Assembly: GCA_963781845.1 (NCBI GenBank)
Contig: CAWAHN010000016.1
Coordinates: forward strand, 147,409-211,408
Reading direction: 5' to 3'
DNA: 64,000 nt
DNA from: an uncultured Chloroflexia bacterium
Lineage (GTDB): Bacteria > Chloroflexota > Limnocylindria > Limnocylindrales > CSP1-4
Shown here: one piece after another, positions 17,977 through 27,393 of the stretch
Position numbering within the stretch: position 1 is the first letter of the stretch
How the letters are laid out: each line of letters begins with the position of its first letter
The notes under the pieces: generated by a model
Told to the model about the DNA's origin: nothing
The model's input: only the letters and a program-made list of their open reading frames with translations
The model's database searches: none
Translations under genes and position numbers: made by a program

Positions 17977-19158
17977 TCAGACCCCGTCGACGACGAGCAG
18001 GTCGAGGGGCGCCCGGTTCAGGACGATCGGCCCGTCCGGACCGCACACGACGATGTCCTCGAGGCGAGCTCCGTACCGACCCTCGAGATAGATCCCCGGC
18101 TCGACGCTGAAGGCCATCCCCGGCTGGAGCGGATCCCGGTTGCCGGCGACGAGGTACGGATCCTCGTGGCCCTCGAGGCCGATGCCGTGCCCGGTCCGGT
18201 GGATGAATCGCTCGCCGTAGCCCCCGGCGTCGATGATCGACCGGGCGGCTGCGTCGATCGCCTCGCAGGCGATCCCGGGCCGGACCGCCGCGGTCGCCCG
18301 GGCCTGCGCCGTCCGAAGGACGCCGAACAGCTGGAGGAACGCCTCGTCGGGACCCTTTACGGGGTCGCCGCCGGTCACCCAGACCATCCGGGTGATGTCG
18401 CTGCCGTACCCGCCCAGGCTGCCGCCGATGTCGAGGACGATCGGCTCGCCCGGCTGGATCACCCGTCCCGACGCCTCGTGGTGGGGTGAAGCGCTGTTCG
18501 GGCCGGAGCCGACGATCGAGAACTCGGCGAGCTCGTGGCCCTCGGCCAGGAGCTGTTCCCGGACCTCGCGAGCGACGTCGGCCTCGGTCCGCCCGACGAG
18601 CCGCCCCGATGCGATCCGGGCGACGACCCGGTCGGCCGCCTCGGCCGCCAGGCGAAGAAGCTCGATCTCGTCGGCATCCTTGATCGAGCGGAGCGGTCCG
18701 AGCACCGTGCCGGCGCTCTCGAGACGGGCCGACGGCAGCCGATCGATCAGGCGGAGGACGTGCATCGCCCACAGGCGGTCGCTGACCGCCAGCCGATCGA
18801 TCGATCCGACCGATCGGTCGAGGGCCCGCGCCAGCAGGTCGGCGACGAGCGCGATCGCGTCGTCGGTCTCCTCCCATCCGGCCAGCTCGACGAAGCCGCC
18901 CCGGGCCGCCGGGCAGCCGCGGGCCGGGGTCAGCTCGAGGCGCGGTGCGATGAGGGTCGCCGGGCCGGCGGTGGGGACGACGAGCATCGTCAGGCGCTCG
19001 AGCGGCATCGCCCGGTAGCCGGTCAGGTACTCGAGATCGGGACCGACCCCGACGAGCAGGGCGTCGAACCCGGCCCGGCCGGCGGCGGCACGAGCTCGCT
19101 CGATCCGCTCGCCGAACCGATCGGGCGGGATGGTCGGACGCGCCGGCGCCTCGCTCAC
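17977..19158 (-). CDS. M24-family Xaa-Pro aminopeptidase/dipeptidase
   Basis: HRTGHGIGLEGHEDP and GMAFSVEPGIYLEGRYGARLEDIVV, with a creatinase-like N-domain. Confidence 0.85.
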   Translation of the reverse strand: MSEAPARPTIPPDRFGERIERARAAAGRAGFDALLVGVGPDLEYLTGYRAMPLERLTMLVVPTAGPATLIAPRLELTPARGCPAARGGFVELAGWEETDDAIALVADLLARALDRSVGSIDRLAVSDRLWAMHVLRLIDRLPSARLESAGTVLGPLRSIKDADEIELLRLAAEAADRVVARIASGRLVGRTEADVAREVREQLLAEGHELAEFSIVGSGPNSASPHHEASGRVIQPGEPIVLDIGGSLGGYGSDITRMVWVTGGDPVKGPDEAFLQLFGVLRTAQARATAAVRPGIACEAIDAAARSIIDAGGYGERFIHRTGHGIGLEGHEDPYLVAGNRDPLQPGMAFSVEPGIYLEGRYGARLEDIVVCGPDGPIVLNRAPLDLLVVDGV

Positions 19159-19565
19159 CTGGCGGATCCCGTGGGATGCGATGCAGACGGTGTGGCGGGT
19201 TCCGGCAGGTGCAGCCAGGCCGCCATGGTGCGCGGTCCGTCCTCGAACAGCTTGCTGTACGCATACACGCGCGCGGCCCCGGCGGCGAGCGCGCGTTTCC
19301 GGGCGGCGAGATCCTCGTGCGGGCCGACCGCCACCACCGGGACGCCCGCGGCCGCCGCATCGGCGACGGCGACGATCGGGTCGGCCCGTCGAAGCGACAG
19401 ATCGACGAGCGCGGCGTCCGCGCCGCGAAGCGCGTCGGCGAACAGCTCAGCGGTCGCGACCACGGTCGGCGCGGCGCCGGCGGCCCGGGCGATCGATGCG
19501 AGGCGCGTGGCCCAGATGAGGTCGTCGGCCAGGACCGCGAGTCCCGGCGGCCGACCCTCGGTCAC
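19155..19565 (-). CDS. Stand-alone receiver (CheY-like) domain protein, tentative
   Basis: VLADDLIW..AALVDLSL..VVAVGPH..KRALAAGAARVYAYSKL. The GTG start overlaps the upstream stop as GTGA. Confidence 0.4.
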   Translation of the reverse strand: MTEGRPPGLAVLADDLIWATRLASIARAAGAAPTVVATAELFADALRGADAALVDLSLRRADPIVAVADAAAAGVPVVAVGPHEDLAARKRALAAGAARVYAYSKLFEDGPRTMAAWLHLPEPATPSASHPTGSAR

Positions 19566-20065
19566 CCGATGACCTCGAGGAGGTGCCCGAACAGGTTGCG
19601 GGCCTGGACCAGCCCGACCAGCCGCCCGTCCTCGACGATCGGGATGTGGCGGAACCCACCGACCGCCATCTTGTGCAGCGCGACCGCGGTCGTGTCGTCG
19701 TGACGCAGGACGACCGGATCCGGGGTCATCAGCGCGTCCACCACCATCCCCTCGATCGACCGTCGGCTCAGCTTCACGATCGCGTCCTGGTAGGTCACGA
19801 TGCCACGCACCCGGTCGCCGTCGACGACGAGCACGCACTCGAGCCCGTCGTCCTTCATCCGGGCGATGGCCGCACGAGCGCTGGTCCCGGCGACGACCGT
19901 CGGCGGGATCTCGATGCCGAGCGTGTCCAGGTGCTCGCCGAGGAGGCGGCCGTGGAAGTCGACGGCGTCCTGGGGCACGTCGAGCGTGCGCAGATCCGCG
20001 CCGCATTCCTCGCAGGAATCCTCACCCGGGTAGTTGCCGTGGCCGCACGATGGGCACCGGATCAC
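19562..20065 (-). CDS. Zinc-ribbon plus CBS-pair domain protein
   Basis: CPSCGHGNYPGEDSCEECG, followed by two CBS-like modules (VLVVDGDRVRGIVTYQD; IPIVEDGRLVGLVQARN). Confidence 0.75.
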   Translation of the reverse strand: MIRCPSCGHGNYPGEDSCEECGADLRTLDVPQDAVDFHGRLLGEHLDTLGIEIPPTVVAGTSARAAIARMKDDGLECVLVVDGDRVRGIVTYQDAIVKLSRRSIEGMVVDALMTPDPVVLRHDDTTAVALHKMAVGGFRHIPIVEDGRLVGLVQARNLFGHLLEVIG

Positions 20066-21141
20066 GCCGTCACCTCCCAGGTCTCGCCCCCGTCGAGGAG
20101 GGTCCGGAGGTCGCCGACGCCGCGCTTCGCGACGGCCTCCTCCAGCTGGGCGCTGAGCAGCTCGTCATGGGTCGGTCGCTTGACATCGAGGATCACGCCC
20201 ACGGGGACGGGGAACTCGGGCCAGTAGATCCGACTGAGCATGTAGGCGATCAGCGGGTCGCTCTCGTCGTGGACGAGCAGGTCCGCCTCGGTCACGCCGT
20301 CGACGCCGAGCGTGACGATCTCCGGCTGGTGCCCGACCAGGCGGATCCCGCGGTCCCGGTCCTTGCCGAAGATCATCGGCCGACCGTGCTCGAGGATCAG
20401 CATCCGGTCCTCGCGGACCTCGCGGTCGGTGAAGTCGCGGTGCGCGCCGTCGTTGAAGATGTTGCAGTTCTGGAGGACCTCGAGGAAGACCGAGCCCTTG
20501 TGCCGGCCGACCCGATCGAGCGTCGCCTGGAGGTGCTCGGTGTGGGTGTCGACCGATCGGGCGATCAGGCTGGCCTCGGCGGCCAGCGCGATCGTCAACG
20601 GGCTGATCGGGTTGTCGACCGTGCCGGCCGGCGTGGACTTGGTGATCTTGCCGAACTCGGAGGTCGGCGACGCCTGGCCCTTGGTCAACCCGTAGATCCG
20701 GTTGTTGAACATGACGACCTTGATGTCGACGTTCCGGCGCATCGAGTGGAGCAGGTGGTTGCCACCGATCGACAGGGCGTCGCCGTCACCGGTGATGACC
20801 CAGACCATGAGGTCGGGCCGGGCCGCCTTGAGGCCGGTCGCCAGGGTGGTGGCGCGACCGTGGATGCTGTGGAACCCGTAGGTGTTCATGTAGTACGGGA
20901 GCCGGCCCGAGCAGCCGATCCCGCTGATGAACACGATGTTCTCCTTGGCGTAACCGAAGTCGGGCATCACCTTCTGGGTCTGGGCCAGGATCGAGTAGTC
21001 CCCGCAGCCGGGACACCAGCGGACCTCCTGGTCGGAAACGAAGTCCTTGCGGGTGAGCGGCACGGCGGCCTGGAGCTGCTGGAGGACGCGATCGTTCTCG
21101 GGGCTCAGCGGCGCATCGGCGCCGAGGGTCGGTTCGGTCAT
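20062..21141 (-). CDS. korB: 2-oxoacid:ferredoxin oxidoreductase, beta (TPP-binding) subunit
   Basis: RWCPGCGDYSIL, GIGCSGR and ITGDGDALSIGGNH. Confidence 0.88.
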   Translation of the reverse strand: MTEPTLGADAPLSPENDRVLQQLQAAVPLTRKDFVSDQEVRWCPGCGDYSILAQTQKVMPDFGYAKENIVFISGIGCSGRLPYYMNTYGFHSIHGRATTLATGLKAARPDLMVWVITGDGDALSIGGNHLLHSMRRNVDIKVVMFNNRIYGLTKGQASPTSEFGKITKSTPAGTVDNPISPLTIALAAEASLIARSVDTHTEHLQATLDRVGRHKGSVFLEVLQNCNIFNDGAHRDFTDREVREDRMLILEHGRPMIFGKDRDRGIRLVGHQPEIVTLGVDGVTEADLLVHDESDPLIAYMLSRIYWPEFPVPVGVILDVKRPTHDELLSAQLEEAVAKRGVGDLRTLLDGGETWEVTA

Positions 21142-23006
21142 CGTGGGGCCTCCCGGTCGTCGAGCAGGCGGACGGCCTCCTCCTCGATCTCGGCGATCCG
21201 GAACGGCTTGCCCCGGACCCGGTCGTAGCCGACCGCGTCGATCAGGTAGCGCGCCCGGATGAGGAGCAGCAACTGGCCCAGGTTGACCTCGGGGATGAGC
21301 ACCCGACGGTAGCTCCGGACCACGTCACCGGTGTTGCGCGGGAACGGGTTGAGATGGCGGAGGTGCGCGTGCGCCACGCTCCGGCCCTGCGCCTGGAGCC
21401 GCTCGACCGCGCTGCGGATGGCGCCGTAGGTCGACCCCCAGCCCAGGATGAGGAGATCGCCGCGATCGGGGCCGTAGACCTCCAGGTCCGCGATGTCGTC
21501 GGCGATCCGGGCGATCTTCTCGGCCCGCAGGAGCTGCATCCGGTGATGGTTGTCCGGGTCGTAGCTGACGTTGCCGGTCACGTCGGCCTTCTCGAGTCCG
21601 CCGATCCGGTGCTCGAGGCCGGGCGTTCCCGGGACCGCCCACGGGCGCGCCAGCGTGACCGGGTCCCGCGAGTACGGCTGGAACCCGGCCCGATCGGTCC
21701 GGTTGGGGACGGAGATGTCGGGCAGGTCGTCGACGCTCGGGATGGCCCACGGCTCCGAGCCGGTCGCGAGGAACGCGTCCGACAGGTAGACCACGGGGGT
21801 CATCGAGCGGAGCGCGATCCGCACCGCCTCGAACGCCATGTCGAAGCAGTCACCGGGCGTCGCCGGCGCCACGACCGCGATCGGCGAGTCGCCGTTCCGC
21901 CCGAACATCACCTGGAGCAGGTCCGATTGCTCGTTCTTGGTCGGCATCCCGGTCGAGGGACCCGCCCGCTGCACATCGATCACGATGAGCGGGAGCTCGA
22001 CCATCACCGCCAGGTTCATCGCCTCGCTCTTCAGGGCGATCCCCGGTCCCGATGTCCCGGTCATCCCGAGGGCCCCACCGTAGCTCGCCCCGATGGCCGA
22101 CCCGATCGCGGCGATCTCGTCTTCGGCCTGGAAGGTCGTGACCCCGAAGTCCTTGTAGCCCGACAGCTGATGGAGGATCTCGCTGGCCGGCGTGATCGGG
22201 TACGAGCCATAGAACAGCGGGCGGGAGGCCTTCCGGGAGGCGACGACGAACCCGAGGGCGGTCGCCTCGTTGCCGGTGATGTTCCGGTACCGGCCGGGTG
22301 GGAGGTGAGCCGGAGCGACCCGGTAGTGGGTGTGGAAGATCTCGGTCGTCTCGCCGAACGCGTAGCCGGCCTTGAGGGCTCGGGCGTTGGCCTCGGCGAT
22401 CACCGGGCGCTTGCCGAACTTCTGGTCGATCCACTGGAGGGTCGGCTCCATGCTCCGCTCGTAGAGCCAGAACATGATCCCGAGGGCGAAGAAGTTCTTG
22501 GTCAGGTCGACCTGCTTGGTGGTCATCTCCAGGCCGGCCAGGGCCCGGGTGTTGAGGGTCGAGATCGGGATCTCGAACAGCGTGAACGGCTTGAGCGAAC
22601 CGTCGGTCAACGGATTTGTCCCGTAGCCGACCTTCTGCAGGTTCGGACCGGTGAACGCATCGGTGTTGACGATCAGGGCGCCACCCGGCGGGAGATCGCC
22701 GATATTGGCCTTGAGCGCGGCCGGGTTCATCGCGACGAGGACGTCGGGTTCGTCGCCGGGGGTGTGGATGTCCGAGCTCGAGAAGCTGATCTGGAAGCCG
22801 GACACGCCGGGCAACGAGCCGGCGGGCGCGCGGATCTCGGCCGGGAAATCGGGCAACGTGCTGATGTCGTTCCCGAAGACGGCCGCGGTCCGCGTGAACT
22901 GGGTGCCCGTGACCTGCATCCCGTCGCCGGAATCACCGGCGAACCGGATCGTGACCCGTTCGAGCTCCTGGGTCGGGACGTCGCGTTCCGTGGTCGGGGT
23001 CGTCAC
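21138..23006 (-). CDS. korA: 2-oxoacid:ferredoxin oxidoreductase, alpha subunit (fused gamma-alpha type)
   Basis: 622 aa. FAGDSGDGMQVTG and YPITPASEILH. 4-nt overlaps with both neighbouring genes. Confidence 0.88.
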   Translation of the reverse strand: MTTPTTERDVPTQELERVTIRFAGDSGDGMQVTGTQFTRTAAVFGNDISTLPDFPAEIRAPAGSLPGVSGFQISFSSSDIHTPGDEPDVLVAMNPAALKANIGDLPPGGALIVNTDAFTGPNLQKVGYGTNPLTDGSLKPFTLFEIPISTLNTRALAGLEMTTKQVDLTKNFFALGIMFWLYERSMEPTLQWIDQKFGKRPVIAEANARALKAGYAFGETTEIFHTHYRVAPAHLPPGRYRNITGNEATALGFVVASRKASRPLFYGSYPITPASEILHQLSGYKDFGVTTFQAEDEIAAIGSAIGASYGGALGMTGTSGPGIALKSEAMNLAVMVELPLIVIDVQRAGPSTGMPTKNEQSDLLQVMFGRNGDSPIAVVAPATPGDCFDMAFEAVRIALRSMTPVVYLSDAFLATGSEPWAIPSVDDLPDISVPNRTDRAGFQPYSRDPVTLARPWAVPGTPGLEHRIGGLEKADVTGNVSYDPDNHHRMQLLRAEKIARIADDIADLEVYGPDRGDLLILGWGSTYGAIRSAVERLQAQGRSVAHAHLRHLNPFPRNTGDVVRSYRRVLIPEVNLGQLLLLIRARYLIDAVGYDRVRGKPFRIAEIEEEAVRLLDDREAPR

Positions 23007-23503
23007 GCGCCCTCGGTCTCCTTCATCCGCTGGTGAGGTCGTGGCGGCAGGTTGAGCAGCTCTTCCGGGAAGGCCTCGGCGAGGTACTTGAGGAGATCCT
23101 GCTGGCGGACGATCCCGACGACCCGACCGTCGTCGTCGACCAGGGGGACGTTCCGAAAGCGGCCGTCGGCGAACAGGGCGATCGCCTCGTGGACCGTCTG
23201 TTCGAGGCGCAGCGTCCGGGGTGTCCGGTTCATCAGCGTCTCGACCGGCGCGTCGAGGTCGATCTCGCCGCCGACGATGACCTTGAAGATGTCACGCTCC
23301 GTGAGGACGCCGCGGAGGACCCCGTCGGGGGTCGTGACGACGACCGAGTCCCCGATCCCGGACCCCTCGACCAAGCTCAGGCAGCTCCCGAGCGAGGTGC
23401 CTTCGACGACGGTCAGCGGGTCGCGTCGATTGACGACCCGGAGCGTCTCGCGAGCGAGGGACGGGACGCGCGCGGAGACGGCGCGTTCGGTGAGCTCAGC
23501 CAC
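23003..23503 (-). CDS. CBS-pair domain protein
   Basis: VVVTTPDGVLRGVLTERDIFK and VPLVDDDGRVVGIVRQQDLLK. Confidence 0.75.
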   Translation of the reverse strand: MAELTERAVSARVPSLARETLRVVNRRDPLTVVEGTSLGSCLSLVEGSGIGDSVVVTTPDGVLRGVLTERDIFKVIVGGEIDLDAPVETLMNRTPRTLRLEQTVHEAIALFADGRFRNVPLVDDDGRVVGIVRQQDLLKYLAEAFPEELLNLPPRPHQRMKETEGA

Positions 23504-23598
23504 GCCTCGAAGTGTAGTCCGTTCCCGCCGCGATGCGGCTCGGCGGAAGGCCGCGGCGGCCGCGACGGGGAGGCGTTCGGCCCTGCTAGGCTCGGGCC

Positions 23599-24564
23599 GT
23601 GGATCGCCAGCGGCTGGTCGGGGTCGGGCTCGTGCTCGTCTCGGCGGCCTCCTTCGGGTCGGGTGCCCTGTTCGCCAAGTCCGTCTACGGCGCCGGCGTC
23701 GATTGGCTCACCCTGCTGTCGTGGCGGTTCCTGATCGGCGCCGGCCTCGCCTGGGCCTGGCTGCTCGTCTCCCCGGAGCGACGGGCCGGCCTGTGGCGCC
23801 TGTCGCGTCGGCGAGTGGCGATCGCGTTCGGGCTGGGCATCATCTACCTCGGCAACTCGAGCACGTACTACGCCGCCCTCGAGACGGTATCCGCGTCCCT
23901 CGCCGCGGTCATCGTCTACATCTACCCGGCGGTCGTCGCGGTCCTGTCGATCCGGATCGGGCACCGCCTCGTCGGTCGACGCCCGTGGGTCGCCCTGGCG
24001 ATGACGCTGGCCGGCGTGGCGCTCGCCCTCGGGGGCATCCCGGCCGGCGAGGTCCCACCGCTCCTCGGCCTGGTCGAGATCGTCGCGTCGCCGTTGATCT
24101 ACTCGGTCTGGATCGTCCTGTCGGCCCGCTTCGCCGGCGAGCGCACCGATCGGATCGGGATCGAGGCCGACGACGGCGCCTCCACGACCGTGGCGACCGC
24201 GTTGATGATGACCTCGACCGCGATCGGGATGTGGACGCTCGCGATCGTCTTCGGACGACCGGTCATGCCGGCCCAGATCCCCGCTGCGGCCTGGCCCGGG
24301 ATGATCGCCATCGGCTTCGTCTGCACGTTCCTGGCCATCCAGACGTTCTACGCGGGGACGCGTCGGGTGGGTGCGGCGCAGGCCTCGCTGATCTCGACCT
24401 TCGAGCCGGTCTGGACGATCACCCTGGCGTCCCTCCTCTTCGGGGAGACGCTCGGGCCGATCCAGCTCCTCGGCGGCGCTCTCGTCATCGCCGGCGTCAT
24501 CCTCGCCCAGACGTCGTCCGGACCCGTCCCCGCGAGCGTGACCCTGCGAGTCGCCGACGAGTAG
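23599..24564 (+). CDS. EamA/DMT-family transporter
   Basis: About ten hydrophobic helices arranged as two EamA-like halves. GTG start. Confidence 0.7.
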   Translation: MDRQRLVGVGLVLVSAASFGSGALFAKSVYGAGVDWLTLLSWRFLIGAGLAWAWLLVSPERRAGLWRLSRRRVAIAFGLGIIYLGNSSTYYAALETVSASLAAVIVYIYPAVVAVLSIRIGHRLVGRRPWVALAMTLAGVALALGGIPAGEVPPLLGLVEIVASPLIYSVWIVLSARFAGERTDRIGIEADDGASTTVATALMMTSTAIGMWTLAIVFGRPVMPAQIPAAAWPGMIAIGFVCTFLAIQTFYAGTRRVGAAQASLISTFEPVWTITLASLLFGETLGPIQLLGGALVIAGVILAQTSSGPVPASVTLRVADE

Positions 24565-24589
24565 GCCCGCCCTCCGCCGACCTATCATC

Positions 24590-25249
24590 GTGGCCATGGC
24601 GCACCCGCTCTGGCCGCTCTACGACCTGCGCCTGGGGACGGAACGGCTCGAGCTGCGTCTTCCGACCGAGGACGAGATCGCGAGCCTATGCGCCCTGGCC
24701 ACGGCGGGCATCCATCCCGTCGACGAGATGCCGTTCGCGTATCCGTGGACGCGCAAGGAGAGCCCGCGCTTCGAGCGGGAGTTCTACCAGTTCTATCTCA
24801 AGGCCCGGGCCGACTGGCGGCCGGAACGCTGGAGCCTGATCCTGGGCGTCTTCCTCGGCGGTGAAGCGGTCGGGGTCCAGGAGCTCGCCGCGACCGACTT
24901 CGCGTCGCTGCGGACGGTGAACACGGGGTCCTGGCTCGGGCAGGCGCATCAGCGGCGAGGGATCGGCAAGGAGATGCGCGGCGCCGTCCTGGCCCTGGCG
25001 TTCGACGGCCTGGCCGCCGAGGCCGCCGAGACCGAGGCGTTCCTCGACAATCCGGCCTCGGCCGGCGTCAGCCGGGCGCTCGGCTACGCCTCGAACGGGA
25101 TCGGCCAGCTGGCTCCGGACGGCGTCCCACGCGAGACCGAGCGGTTCCGCATGACGAGCGAGGCGTGGCGTGCCCGCCCGAGGCCGCCGGTCTCGATCGA
25201 GGGGCTGGAGGCCGGACTCGAGCTGTTCGGGGTCACGCGGCCGGGCTGA
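24590..25249 (+). CDS. GNAT N-acetyltransferase (RimJ/RimL-like)
   Basis: LRLGTERLELRLPTEDE and QRRGIGKEMRGAVLALAF. Confidence 0.65.
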   Translation: MAMAHPLWPLYDLRLGTERLELRLPTEDEIASLCALATAGIHPVDEMPFAYPWTRKESPRFEREFYQFYLKARADWRPERWSLILGVFLGGEAVGVQELAATDFASLRTVNTGSWLGQAHQRRGIGKEMRGAVLALAFDGLAAEAAETEAFLDNPASAGVSRALGYASNGIGQLAPDGVPRETERFRMTSEAWRARPRPPVSIEGLEAGLELFGVTRPG

Positions 25250-25691
25250 CCGCGGCACGGCGGTCGAGCTCGCGCTGCATCCCCGCCAGAGCCCGCTTGC
25301 CGATCGAGTCGAAGGCCCGCCCGAGGAACGGCTGGGCGAGGCGAAGGATGCCGCCGAGACGGAGGTCGGCCTCGTAGTCGATCCTCGTCCCGCCGGTCGG
25401 CGTCGAGGCGAAGGCGATGCGGTCGACCGCGGAGATGCGCGACCCGGTACCGCGGAGCACGATCCGTCGACCAGGCTCGAGCTCGGTGACCGTGTAGGTC
25501 ATCGGCAGGCTCCGACCGTTGAAGGTCACCACGAGCCGGTAGCCCGCCCCGACCGTGACCGGCCCGTCGTCGACCCGAGTCGACGAGGCGACGCCGGGGT
25601 CCCATTCCTGGGCATTGGCGAAGTCGGCCACGTAGTCGAATGCCGGACCGATCGCCAGCGGCGTCTCGATCGTCTCGTGCAGGACGGTCAT
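25233..25691 (-). CDS. SRPBCC (polyketide cyclase/dehydrase-like) protein
   Basis: GGAGGA lies upstream of ATG 25691. MTVLHETIETPLAIGPAFDYVADFANAQEWDPGV. Confidence 0.6.
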   Translation of the reverse strand: MTVLHETIETPLAIGPAFDYVADFANAQEWDPGVASSTRVDDGPVTVGAGYRLVVTFNGRSLPMTYTVTELEPGRRIVLRGTGSRISAVDRIAFASTPTGGTRIDYEADLRLGGILRLAQPFLGRAFDSIGKRALAGMQRELDRRAAVSPAA

Positions 25692-25782
25692 CGGGGTCCT
25701 CCGTTCGGGTCCATGATTGGTGCATCCACCGGTTCGCAGCGGAGGCCGATCCGGACGGGTGGCCCTCGCGAAGGAGTCTTCG

Positions 25783-26769
25783 ATGGATCCGCGCACGCTC
25801 GCCGACGACATCCTGGAGATGCTCGTGCTGCCGAGCTTCAGCCGCATCGGCTACGACCTGCGTCGCCGGATGTTCGACTGGCAGCGACTCGACCAGCTGT
25901 CCCTTGCCGGGCGGACGGTGCTCGTGACTGGGCCGACCTCGGGGCTCGGACGGACCGCGGTGAGCGAGTTCGCCGCGATGGGCGCACGGGTCCTGCTGGT
26001 CGGTCGCGATCCGGAGAAGCTCGATCGGACGAAGACCGAGTTGATCGCCTGGTCCGGCAATGAGGAGGTCGCCTGCTACGCCGTCGACCTCGGCTCGCTC
26101 GCCTCCGTCCGCGCCGGAGCCGCGGCGATCATCGAGGGCGAGTCGCGCCTCGACGTCCTGGTCGACAACGCCGGGGCGATGTTCATGGACCGGCGCGTCT
26201 CCGTCGATGGCTTCGAGCTGAGTTTCGCCACGATGGTCGTCGGGCCGTTCGCCCTGACCTCACGGCTCCTGCCGTTGCTCCGTGCCGGTGCTCGCTCCGT
26301 GCCGCCGAGCCGGATCGTGGCGGTGACCAGCGGCGGCCAATACACCCAGCGGCTGCACCTCGACGATCTCCAGTACCTCCAGGGCGAGTACAACGGGCCG
26401 CTCGCGTACGCGCGGGCCAAGCGAGCCCAGGTCGCGCTGATGCGTGAGTGGGCACGCCGGCTCCGACCGGCCGGCATCGTGGCCAACGCGATGCACCCGG
26501 GATGGGCGGACACGCCCGGACTGGCCGCCTCCCTTCCGGGGTTCCGTGAGGCGCTCGGACCCTATGCCCGGACAGCCGAGGAGGGCACGGACACGATCAT
26601 CTGGCTGGCCGCCGCCCAGGAGGCGGGACGGGCGAGCGGCGGGTTGTACCTCGACCGCCGCCGGCGTCCGTTCGACCGGATCCCGCAGACGCGGTCCTCG
26701 GCCGAGGCGCGCCGAGAGCTGTGGGATCTCGTCGCGACGCTCTCCGGCGAGTCGCCCGACCTCGACTGA
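25783..26769 (+). CDS. Short-chain dehydrogenase/reductase (SDR)
   Basis: AAGGAG lies upstream of ATG 25783. TVLVTGPTSGLGR, LVDNAG and YARAKRA. Confidence 0.75.
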   Translation: MDPRTLADDILEMLVLPSFSRIGYDLRRRMFDWQRLDQLSLAGRTVLVTGPTSGLGRTAVSEFAAMGARVLLVGRDPEKLDRTKTELIAWSGNEEVACYAVDLGSLASVRAGAAAIIEGESRLDVLVDNAGAMFMDRRVSVDGFELSFATMVVGPFALTSRLLPLLRAGARSVPPSRIVAVTSGGQYTQRLHLDDLQYLQGEYNGPLAYARAKRAQVALMREWARRLRPAGIVANAMHPGWADTPGLAASLPGFREALGPYARTAEEGTDTIIWLAAAQEAGRASGGLYLDRRRRPFDRIPQTRSSAEARRELWDLVATLSGESPDLD

Positions 26770-26796
26770 ACGTTCCGGGTCGGCGACGCGCTCATA
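26767..26796 (+). promoter_or_regulatory. Candidate ECF-type promoter (TGAAC-N19-CTCATA) upstream of sigma gene 1
   Basis: The motif is shared with sites at 28334 and 29921. Confidence 0.3.
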
Positions 26797-26841
26797 GAGA
26801 GTGACGCCGGACCGACCGTGGTCCGGCCGACGGAGGGAGCG

Positions 26842-27393
26842 GTGGATCGAGACACCGTCGTGCGGGCCCAGGCCGGCGACCGGCAGGCATTCGCCCATCT
26901 GGTGCACCAGGTGAGCGGGAACCTGTACGCGGTCGCCTACCGGATCCTGCGCGATGCCGGTCTTGCCGAGGACGCCTTGCAGGACGCCCTCATCACGGCC
27001 TGGCGACAGCTCCCGCACCTGCGCGATCCGGAGCGGTTCGAGGCCTGGATCCACCGCATCCTCGTCCACGCCTGCTACGCCGAGGCGCGGCGGAGCCGAC
27101 GCTGGACCGGCAGCGTCCGTTCACTCCCGCTCGAGGGAGCGGCCGGACCCGATGAGCATGTCACCGTCGTCGACCGCGACGAGCTGGAGCGAGCGTTCCG
27201 CAGACTGCCGCTCGACCAGCGAGCGATCTTCGTCTACCACCACTACGTCGGGCTGCCCCTGGTCGAGATCGCCGAGACGCTCGGTATCCCCGCCGGGACC
27301 GCCCGATCGCGGCTCCACTACGCGACGCGGGCGCTTAAGGCGGCGATCGAAGCCGACGCGGCGCCCTCGACGCAGGAAGGGCGACTGGCGTGA
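26842..27393 (+). CDS. ECF (group IV) sigma-70 factor, paralog 1
   Basis: AQAGDRQAFAHLV..AYRILRDAGLAEDALQDALITAWRQLPHLRDPERFEAWIHRILVHACY, with region 4 GIPAGTARSRLHYA. GTG 26842 sits after GGAGGGAG. The ORF is open from 26818. Confidence 0.85.
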   Translation: MDRDTVVRAQAGDRQAFAHLVHQVSGNLYAVAYRILRDAGLAEDALQDALITAWRQLPHLRDPERFEAWIHRILVHACYAEARRSRRWTGSVRSLPLEGAAGPDEHVTVVDRDELERAFRRLPLDQRAIFVYHHYVGLPLVEIAETLGIPAGTARSRLHYATRALKAAIEADAAPSTQEGRLA

